From: an uncultured Methanomassiliicoccales archaeon
GTDB lineage: Archaea; Thermoplasmatota; Thermoplasmata; Methanomassiliicoccales; JAAEEP01
Assembly: GCA_964594225.1 (NCBI GenBank)
Contig: CAZQLP010000003.1
Span: forward strand, 1 to 44,013
Reading direction: 5' to 3'
DNA length: 44,013 nt
Below the pieces are notes generated by a model. It was not told the DNA's origin and did not search any database. It saw only the letters and a program-made list of their open reading frames with translations. Positions within the stretch are counted from its first letter, which is position 1. Each line of letters opens with the position of its first letter. Position numbers and translations under genes: made by a program. Of this stretch, positions 8,553-15,599 are shown piece by piece.

Positions 8553-8902
8553 TCTGTAGACAGGGATTCCACCATCCAGCTGCTGAGCGACCTTGTCTCC
8601 ATAGACAGCGTCAACCCCTCCCTTTCCCCCGATCATGCTGGGGAGGGTGAGCTTGGAGGGTATCTACTGGAGGGTGCCACGAGGGAGGGTATTAACCTGA
8701 ACATAGGCGGAATGGCCGCCTGGTCAGAAGCGGGGGTCCTGAACCATTCGGGAATCCCGTCGGTGGTGTTCGGTCCCAGCGGATGCGGGGGCACGAGCCG
8801 ATGGAATTCGTTAGCATCGATAGCGTTGTGGCATGTTCCAGGATCGTACACGCGATGACGCTCGATTTCTTTGGAAACCAAGCAGGTTCAGAAAAGGATT
8901 AA
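8553..8902 (+). pseudogene. Eroded M20-family (ArgE/DapE/acylase-like) metallopeptidase or deacylase relic
   Basis: There is no start codon. Frame 0 reads DSTIQLLSDLVSIDSVNPSLSPDHAGEGELGGYLLEGATREGINLN, an M20 N-terminus. It joins directly to IGGMAAWSEAGVLNHSGIPSVVFGPSG, an M20 C-terminal region, so roughly 250-300 aa including the metal-binding core are missing. After a G5 run at 8787-8791 the homology continues in another frame as HEPMEFVSIDSVVACSRIVHAMTLDFFGNQAGSEKD, ending at a stop at 8900-8902. Confidence 0.55.
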
Positions 8903-8928
8903 GTAGCCCAAAGGAGTTCTTGTGGGCG

Positions 8929-9123
8929 ATGCCGGCGAGTCTTCCACCCCATTCGCATTGCGCATACTGCGATGAACCCACCCCAGAGGGGCAAGAGTTC
9001 TGTTCGGACGAGTGCAAGAATGCCTTCATGGCCAAGAGAAAGAAGACATCTAGGAGGATGGCGATCTTCTACATCGGGGCGGCTATTGCCTTCATGGTAA
9101 TCGCAATCGTGGCCGGTTTTTGA
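8929..9123 (+). CDS. Small zinc-ribbon plus C-terminal transmembrane helix protein (DUF2116-like)
   Basis: MPASLPPHSHCAYCDEPTPEGQEFCSDECKNAFMAKRKKTSRR followed by the hydrophobic MAIFYIGAAIAFMVIAIVAGF. The track ORF starts at 8833, but that extension overlaps the M20 relic, so the ATG at 8929 is preferred. Confidence 0.6.
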   Translation: MPASLPPHSHCAYCDEPTPEGQEFCSDECKNAFMAKRKKTSRRMAIFYIGAAIAFMVIAIVAGF

Positions 9124-9130
9124 TGAGAAA

Positions 9131-10282
9131 TCATGCCTTCTTAATGGCGTCAGCGATGCTCGTGGCCCTCCTGGCCTCCTTGACGTCGTGGACCCTGACA
9201 ATATCAGCACCATTGATGATTGATGCCGTCATTGCGGACAGGGTGCCCTCCAACCTATCCTCCACCGGGAGGTCTAGTATCCTGCCGATGAAGGCCTTGC
9301 GTGAAGGTCCTATCAGGATGGGAAGACCCATGCACCTGAACTCGCGAAGCCGCCTGATGATCTCCAGGTTGTTCTCCGTGGTCTTCCCGAAGCCGATTCC
9401 CGGGTCGATGATGATGTTGCCCGGGTCAACGCCGGCCTCCAAGGCCAACCGCGTGTTCCGATCCAGGAATAGCATGATATCCCCCACCACATCGTCGTAA
9501 TGGATGTCCTTCTGCATGGTCTTGGGCTCCCCTCTCATGTGCATTACCGCCACCGGAACCCCGCCGTCAGCCACCACCCGGACCATCTCCGGATCCCTAA
9601 GACCGTATACATCATTTATCATAGCCGCCCCCTCCTCAAGAGCGCGGCGGGCCACAGTCGGTCTCCTGGTATCCACCGAGATGGGGACGTCAATGCTGTC
9701 TACCAGCCTCCTGAGCACTGGCAGAACCCTCTCCGCCTCCTGCAGCTCGGAAACCGGATCCGAGAAGGGGCGGGTGGACTCCCCCCCTACATCGATTATA
9801 TCAGCGCCCTGGTCCACCATCTCCAATGCCCTGGTGACCGCCTTCTCAGTCCCGTCGTACCTTCCACCGTCGGAGAAGGAGTCGGGCGTGACGTTGAGGA
9901 CTCCCATCACCAGCGTCCGGTCCATCACCAGGTCCATTCCGCCCAGTTTGAGGTGACCTGGGACCTCATTAAGGAAGTTGGTGATTGCCCTCCCCAGCGC
10001 CCTTGATGCGGGGGAATCATCCTCACCGATTTCGAAGAGCATCTGACGGGAACCTGCAATGAACATCCTAGTAATCGATGCGTCACACCTGAACGTCTTG
10101 CCTCCCAGATCATCCACGTCCGCCGCCAGGGAATTGAGGAGTCCGTGGTCCGCATCCTCCACGAAGGCGAATACCTTGGTGAACAGCTCGCGCTCATCAT
10201 CTAGGATGTCCGGTAGTCCGAGGTGCTGCCATTCGGCCCTGGCTTCCCGCAAATCGCCATACTGACGAATCCTGGCTAACAT
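9131..10282 (-). CDS. folP: Dihydropteroate synthase with an N-terminal extension of about 120 aa
   Basis: VMGVLNVTPDSFSDGGRY, GADIIDVGGESTRP, INDV, DPGIGFGKT and SRK are canonical DHPS motifs. The track start is TTG at 10306. The ATG at 10282 lies 1 nt after the stop of the upstream micro-ORF (TGAtATG). Confidence 0.85.
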   Translation of the reverse strand: MLARIRQYGDLREARAEWQHLGLPDILDDERELFTKVFAFVEDADHGLLNSLAADVDDLGGKTFRCDASITRMFIAGSRQMLFEIGEDDSPASRALGRAITNFLNEVPGHLKLGGMDLVMDRTLVMGVLNVTPDSFSDGGRYDGTEKAVTRALEMVDQGADIIDVGGESTRPFSDPVSELQEAERVLPVLRRLVDSIDVPISVDTRRPTVARRALEEGAAMINDVYGLRDPEMVRVVADGGVPVAVMHMRGEPKTMQKDIHYDDVVGDIMLFLDRNTRLALEAGVDPGNIIIDPGIGFGKTTENNLEIIRRLREFRCMGLPILIGPSRKAFIGRILDLPVEDRLEGTLSAMTASIINGADIVRVHDVKEARRATSIADAIKKA

Positions 10283-10283
10283 A

Positions 10284-10454
10284 TCACTCTTCAAGGAGGG
10301 AGCCAATCGGTTCCACCATTTCCTTGACCTCGATATCAGAGTCGATCTCCTCGCATCCGATCTTGAGATTGTTCACCCCGAACGGACATGAGGTCATCGG
10401 GGCATCGCACATCTTCTCCAGATGCTTCATGTCGATGAAGTTCAAATCTGTCAT
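10284..10454 (-). CDS. 56-aa hypothetical protein (3 Cys, acidic C-terminus)
   Basis: MTDLNFIDMKHLEKMCDAPMTSCPFGVNNLKIGCEEIDSDIEVKEMVEPIGSLLEE. The ATG at 10454 lies 1 nt after the larA-like stop (TGAgATG), and its own stop lies 1 nt before the folP ATG. Third-position GC is high, like the neighbouring genes. I do not recognise a family. Confidence 0.45.
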   Translation of the reverse strand: MTDLNFIDMKHLEKMCDAPMTSCPFGVNNLKIGCEEIDSDIEVKEMVEPIGSLLEE

Positions 10455-10455
10455 C

Positions 10456-11697
10456 TCAATCAACCCTGGGTACGGTGACACTTCCGTCCATCAACACAAG
10501 GATCTTGGCGTCCTCCTTCCACCGGAGCACGGAGTCCACGGCAGCCTGCAGGTTATCGAATGGACGGATATTCGCTCTGCTGAGAGTGCCCTGATCCAGA
10601 TCTGTAACGGCCCATAATTCCGCCCACAGGGCAATCTCGGCCATCTTTGCGGCCTTGTGGAAACCCAGCCTGTACTCGGCCTTGAGGTTCTCCAAGATCT
10701 GGGAGGGGTCATCGGATAAGGACAGTTGCTCGAGAAAGGTTGCTTGCCCGATCCCATCCCTGCATTTCGAGACCAGGATCAGCTTGCCGCCCTCCTTCAA
10801 CGCCCACTTGGCGTTGTCCATTGCCTTCTGGGATTGATATAGGTCCACGTCCATTGGATGCGTCGCCACGGTGATCACCGCATCCGCCTTCTCCCCCATG
10901 TCCACGGAGAATACCTCCATGGCGTGGTCCACCGCCTTCTTGTGGCTCTTCTGAAGATCACCTGACACCACCTTGTAGACGTTGTGTTGCCTGTCCAGGA
11001 CGATCTGGATGGCGAAGATGGGTTTCCCCTCGAACACCTTGAGGGCGTCAATCATATCCTCGTTGACAGGGTTGTCCTCCATCACCAGGGACCTGGCCTC
11101 ATTGCTCATCGCCAGCTTGTGGTTCTGCTCGATGGTATCGAACGCGGCCACGCCTGGAAGGATTGATTTTCTCCCTCCGGTGAAACCCGCGAAGTAGTGA
11201 GGCTCAACACTGGTGATTATCACCAACCTGTCGGCGTCCACCGTCATCTCGTTGATCCACATCTTGGTTCCGTTCTTGGACTCTCCGAGGTAAACTGTCC
11301 GGTCCCTCCTGGAATCGTGGGCGTGGACCCTGCCCCTGAGCTGGTCATAGAACCTCCCGAAGATCAGATAGTACTCCTCCTCAGTGGGCGCCCTATGCGC
11401 CCCAGTAGCGATCAGGTACCTTGGAAAGGAGAGGTTGATTCCTGTGGAAAGCACCTCCAGCACCCTGCTGGTGGGAGTCGGTCGGGTGCCGTCATTCAGG
11501 ATGAAAACGGGATTCTCGGATCCCTTAAGGAAGCTGCGCAGCCTGGGAGAGCCCACCGGATCGTCAAGGCTTTCCCTTATCTCACTAAGGGCATCCTTTG
11601 ACTCGACCTCGTTCGGGTACACTATCCCTGCGAGGTTATCATCGGGGATATCGACCTCAATGATACCTTTCTCGCCGTAGGGAACCGCTACCTTCAT
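10456..11697 (-). CDS. LarA-family (nickel-pincer cofactor dependent) 2-hydroxyacid racemase/epimerase, paralog 2
   Basis: VFILNDGTRPTP, ATGAHRAPTEEE and EPHYFAGFTGGRK followed 16 residues later by His (EQNHK). Start trimmed from the GTG at 11784 to the ATG at 11697 (MKVAVPYGEKGIIEVDIPDDNL), which matches the usual LarA N-terminus. Confidence 0.85.
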   Translation of the reverse strand: MKVAVPYGEKGIIEVDIPDDNLAGIVYPNEVESKDALSEIRESLDDPVGSPRLRSFLKGSENPVFILNDGTRPTPTSRVLEVLSTGINLSFPRYLIATGAHRAPTEEEYYLIFGRFYDQLRGRVHAHDSRRDRTVYLGESKNGTKMWINEMTVDADRLVIITSVEPHYFAGFTGGRKSILPGVAAFDTIEQNHKLAMSNEARSLVMEDNPVNEDMIDALKVFEGKPIFAIQIVLDRQHNVYKVVSGDLQKSHKKAVDHAMEVFSVDMGEKADAVITVATHPMDVDLYQSQKAMDNAKWALKEGGKLILVSKCRDGIGQATFLEQLSLSDDPSQILENLKAEYRLGFHKAAKMAEIALWAELWAVTDLDQGTLSRANIRPFDNLQAAVDSVLRWKEDAKILVLMDGSVTVPRVD

Positions 11698-11741
11698 TGG
11701 AACAATGATTATCCTTGAGGTTCTAATTAATCCTTCTGGGG

Positions 11742-11759
11742 ATTCCCGCACGCGGGAAT
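11742..11759 (-). promoter_or_regulatory. Perfect 8-2-8 palindrome upstream of the larA2-folP operon (operator or 5'-UTR hairpin)
   Basis: ATTCCCGC-AC-GCGGGAAT, 45-62 nt upstream of the ATG at 11697. Confidence 0.3.
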
Positions 11760-11936
11760 GTGATGTTCTCGGGTCCACTTTCACTTATTTCGTAATTCGC
11801 ATGCCAATATGGTCACTTATAATGCTAAATCCTCCAAATATGTCATCTAATGAACGAAAACGGACCTTAGAACTCAGTGACTCGACCTCAGGATGTTCAG
11901 AAAACTATTTCTCAGGTCAATCCCCCTCGTTTGGAC

Positions 11937-12893
11937 ATGGTTAGGCTCGAGGACCTTGGGGAGAAGGAGGTCGTCTCCAGGATGATCTCCATGCTGAATA
12001 GCGATGTGGCCGTCGGCCCGGGGGACGACGCGGCATGCATCGATCTCGGGGACAGTTACCTGGTCGTGAGCACGGACCTCATCACCGGAGGATCGCATTC
12101 CCCCCAGGGCATGACGGACCACCAGATGGGGTGGATGGCCGCGGCGGTGAACCTCAGCGACATCGCCGCCATGGGGGCCAGGCCATTGGGGGTGGTGATG
12201 GCCATGGCCCTGCCCCGGGACCTGGAAGTGGAGAGGGTCATGGACATGGTGAGAGGAGCGGAGGAAAGCTGCCTCTGCGCTGGCACCTCCCTTGTGGGGG
12301 GTGACACCAAGGAGGGGGTGGAGATCGTACTGACGGGCACCGCCGTGGGAATCGTGGAGAAGGAAAGGCTGCTCACCAGGTCTGGGGCCCGACCAGGGGA
12401 TCTCCTGGCGGTCACCGGGAGGTTCGGTCTTCCATCGGCGGGCCTCCTTTCGATAGAGAAGGGGATCAACTTCGCCCCTGGAAGGACGGCGCTGATGGAG
12501 CCCATACCACGGACAGAGGCTGGAAGGTTACTCTCCCTCTCGGGAGTCGTCACCTCATGCATCGACGTGTCGGACGGTCTCGCCCACTCCGTCCACCTGC
12601 TGTCTGAGGCGAGCGGCGTTGGTTTCGAGGTCGAATGGTCCGCGATTCCCATAGGAGAAGGGGTGAAGGACCTGGCGGAAGCATGCTCCGCGGACCTCGA
12701 GGAGCTGGTGCTGTACTTTGGAGGGGAATACCAGCTCCTGTTCACCATTGATCCCTCAGCCGAGGAGATGATCAGGGCCGTCCTGCCTGAGGTCAAGGTG
12801 ATAGGGAAGGGTATGGAAACCACCGGAAACGTATTAAGGAGAGATAGAGAAGTAGTAGATCTAGAAAACAGAGGTTGGGAACACTTCGGTTGA
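11937..12893 (+). CDS. thiL: Thiamine-monophosphate kinase (AIR synthase-related fold)
   Basis: LGEKEVVSRM, VGPGDDAACIDL, LVVSTDLI, AVNLSDIAAMGARP and LVGGDTKEG. Start trimmed to the ATG at 11937. Confidence 0.8.
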   Translation: MVRLEDLGEKEVVSRMISMLNSDVAVGPGDDAACIDLGDSYLVVSTDLITGGSHSPQGMTDHQMGWMAAAVNLSDIAAMGARPLGVVMAMALPRDLEVERVMDMVRGAEESCLCAGTSLVGGDTKEGVEIVLTGTAVGIVEKERLLTRSGARPGDLLAVTGRFGLPSAGLLSIEKGINFAPGRTALMEPIPRTEAGRLLSLSGVVTSCIDVSDGLAHSVHLLSEASGVGFEVEWSAIPIGEGVKDLAEACSADLEELVLYFGGEYQLLFTIDPSAEEMIRAVLPEVKVIGKGMETTGNVLRRDREVVDLENRGWEHFG

Positions 12894-12897
12894 TATC

Positions 12898-13899
12898 ATG
12901 AGGGAGGCCAGATTCTGGACCAAGTCGGACGGGAAGGTGTCGTGCCAGCTCTGCCCTCACAACTGCGTCATCGCCGCAGACAAGAGGGGCATATGTGGGG
13001 TCAGGGAGAATCAGAGCGGCGTCCTGATGAGCCTGATCTACGGCAGGGCCTCCTCCACGCACGTGGATCCCATCGAGAAGAAACCCCTTTTCCACTTCAT
13101 GCCAGGAGAGCTCTCGCTCTCCCTGGGGAGCGTGGGCTGCAACATGCGCTGCCTCCACTGCCAGAACTACTCCATCTCCCAGGCCAAGGTGGAGGCGTTC
13201 AAGATGAACGACATCACCCCCGCCCAGGTGAGCGACATGTGCGAGAGGGAGAGGTGCAGGATAATATCCTGGACCTACAACGAGCCCACCGTATGGTACG
13301 AGTTCACCCACGATGCCTCCGAGGTGGCGAAGGGGAGGGGGCTGTTCACCACCTACATTACGAACGGGTTCATCAACGAGGAACCGCTCAGGGAGATCTC
13401 GCCGCATCTTGATGCCATGAACATAGACGTCAAGGCATTCAGGGACGATTTCTACAAGAAGGTGTGCCGGGCCTCCCTGGACCCCGTCCTCAGGACCACG
13501 GAACTGGCCTACTCACTGGGGATACACCTGGAGCTCACATACCTGGTGATACCCGGCAAGAACGACTCGACGGAGGAGATCGGGGACTTCGCCAGATGGG
13601 TGGGATCCATCTCCCCCGAGATACCGGTTCACTTCACCAGGTTCCACCCGGACTACATGATGACAGATGTGGACATGACGCCCTTGTCCACCCTGGAGAT
13701 GGCCCATGACATTGCTGAGAGGGAGGGACTTCTATTCGTCTACCTGGGGAACGTCTCTACACCGGAGGGTGAGAACACCTACTGCCCGGACTGCGGTAAT
13801 CTGGCCATCGAGAGGTCGGACTTCAGGATCCGGACGATGGGTCTCGACGGGGGGAGATGCGACAACTGCGGTCGCTCCCTCAACATCGTGATTAAATAG
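12898..13899 (+). CDS. AmmeMemoRadiSam-system-type radical SAM enzyme (PFL-activase-like)
   Basis: VSCQLCPHNCVI..GICGVREN, VDPIEKKPLFHFMPG, GCNMRCLHCQNYSISQ (CxxxCxxC) and a C-terminal CPDCG...CDNCG. Confidence 0.8.
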   Translation: MREARFWTKSDGKVSCQLCPHNCVIAADKRGICGVRENQSGVLMSLIYGRASSTHVDPIEKKPLFHFMPGELSLSLGSVGCNMRCLHCQNYSISQAKVEAFKMNDITPAQVSDMCERERCRIISWTYNEPTVWYEFTHDASEVAKGRGLFTTYITNGFINEEPLREISPHLDAMNIDVKAFRDDFYKKVCRASLDPVLRTTELAYSLGIHLELTYLVIPGKNDSTEEIGDFARWVGSISPEIPVHFTRFHPDYMMTDVDMTPLSTLEMAHDIAEREGLLFVYLGNVSTPEGENTYCPDCGNLAIERSDFRIRTMGLDGGRCDNCGRSLNIVIK

Positions 13900-13941
13900 C
13901 TGAGGCAACCGTTATTGCTCGACGGTACCCTACCGTGACCC

Positions 13942-14598
13942 ATGGACCTCCGGGATCTTTACGAGATGTTGCTCGCCCACTTCCAGGTCGAGAACTGGTG
14001 GCCCTCGGATTCGGCCTTCGAGGTGATCGTGGGGAGCATTCTCACCCAGCAGACCAACTGGGAGAACGTGACCAGGTCGTTGGACATGATGCGATCCAGG
14101 GGATTGCTCTCATCAAGGGCGCTTTCGAGCGTTGCCCTCGGGGAACTCGAGGATGTGGTAAGACCCTGCGGATTCTACAGGCAGAAGGCGGAGAGGATCG
14201 TAGCCCTTGCACGCTACCTGGAGGAGGAATTCGACGGGGATTCGAGTGAGCTGCTCGAGGGGGACCTCGATGAGGCGCGGGAGAGGCTCCTCTCCCTCCG
14301 GGGCATTGGGAAGGAAACGGCGGATTCCATCCTCCTCTTCGCTGGTGGGAGACCCAAGTTCGTTGCGGCGGCATATGTCTCCCGGATCCTCTCCAGGACT
14401 GGTCTCCTTGTTTCCGATGAATACGACGAAATACAGAGCTTCGTTGAGTCGGAGTTCTCCACAGATCCAGGGGAGCTCGCGACCTTCTACGCCCTGCTGG
14501 TCCAGCTGGCCAAGTCGCACTGCAGGACGAGACCCGCATGCGCCTCATGCCCGATTATGAGGGAGTGCGAGACCGGCCATGCTCATGTCATGAAGTAG
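13942..14598 (+). CDS. Endonuclease III-related HhH-GPD DNA glycosylase family protein
   Basis: ILTQQTNWENV, LRGIGKETADSILLFA (helix-hairpin-helix) and a C-terminal CRTRPACASCPIMREC Fe-S cluster loop. Confidence 0.75.
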   Translation: MDLRDLYEMLLAHFQVENWWPSDSAFEVIVGSILTQQTNWENVTRSLDMMRSRGLLSSRALSSVALGELEDVVRPCGFYRQKAERIVALARYLEEEFDGDSSELLEGDLDEARERLLSLRGIGKETADSILLFAGGRPKFVAAAYVSRILSRTGLLVSDEYDEIQSFVESEFSTDPGELATFYALLVQLAKSHCRTRPACASCPIMRECETGHAHVMK

Positions 14599-15494
14599 AA
14601 GAAGATGTTGCCCACGAAGGCCGAGAACAGGATGGAGACTGTCATGGGTATAAGGAACGGTATCTTTGGCGTCACCCAAATCCTGTCGGCCCCCGCCGCC
14701 TTCAACTCGTCCAACACCTCACCGTGCTCGTAATCGCCCCTTGGGAACAGCGAGATCCTCCTCCCACCATCCTCGACCCGCTCCATGCTCCAGACGAACT
14801 TCTTCCTCGCCTCCTCGATCTTCATCCTGTAACCGAAGAACATCACAGGGAACTTGGCGTCCCCCCTGATCGCGTTGAGGAAGGCGAATGACACGGGAAA
14901 GATCATTAGGAAAAGGGCCGCGTTGAAAAGCACCAGGATGGCGAACGGGAAGAGGTATTGGATCGCCTCGGATGGAATGGCGATCAGGGGAAACTCTCCG
15001 AACGTGGGGTAGGTGGGGAACAGCAGGGCGATTGCGATGAGGGCCTTGGCGTCAGCCCCTCCCTTCAAGATGTCGAAGTAGTACAGCAGTATGATTACCA
15101 GGAACACTATGAGGATAGACATCAGCTTCCACAGGAATATGTCCGTCCAGAAGATCACCAACAGTGCCCCCAAAACTATGAAGGCGGATATGAACAGGGC
15201 CAGGGCGATCTCGTCCCCTCCCTTCTCGTGGAATCCTGGATGATCCCAGAAGATATCGTAGAAGAAGACCCCGAGGGGGAACAGGAAGAGATAGTATAGG
15301 GGGGAGACCCCTGCTTCGTATATCTGGAGGGCGAGAAGCACCAGTCCGAAGGTCCCCATTACTATCCAGAATCCATCGGATGCCATCCGGGATCGCCAGT
15401 CGGACCAGGAGGCCAGCACAAGAATCACGAAGGCTATGGCAATCTTCAGGATCGGCATCCAATCCATGTGATGGCCGCTATCCAATCCACGCAT
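14583..15494 (-). CDS. A24-family archaeal prepilin/preflagellin signal peptidase (FlaK/PibD-like) with a C-terminal soluble domain
   Basis: A polytopic membrane protein with SWSDWRSR (first Asp) and LKGGADAKALIAIALLFP (second Asp motif). The start could instead be the internal Met at 15467. It overlaps the convergent nth-like gene by 16 nt. Confidence 0.75.
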   Translation of the reverse strand: MRGLDSGHHMDWMPILKIAIAFVILVLASWSDWRSRMASDGFWIVMGTFGLVLLALQIYEAGVSPLYYLFLFPLGVFFYDIFWDHPGFHEKGGDEIALALFISAFIVLGALLVIFWTDIFLWKLMSILIVFLVIILLYYFDILKGGADAKALIAIALLFPTYPTFGEFPLIAIPSEAIQYLFPFAILVLFNAALFLMIFPVSFAFLNAIRGDAKFPVMFFGYRMKIEEARKKFVWSMERVEDGGRRISLFPRGDYEHGEVLDELKAAGADRIWVTPKIPFLIPMTVSILFSAFVGNIFFYFMT

Positions 15495-15599
15495 AAAAAG
15501 GCTTTCATGTGATTCAATGGGGATGATGGCGAAAGAGATAGGATCTCTGGTAAGGCGTGAGTTAGTTATATATCATCACGGTGTGATGACCGCCATTAG

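Noticed and set aside
11800-11936. TPP riboswitch upstream of thiL (Thermoplasmata are among the few archaea with THI elements)
   Set aside because: CTGAG-like strings occur, but I could not find the conserved core (CUGAGA ... ACCUGAUCUGGAUAAUGCCAGCG-like pairing) on either strand. A covariance-model scan would settle it.
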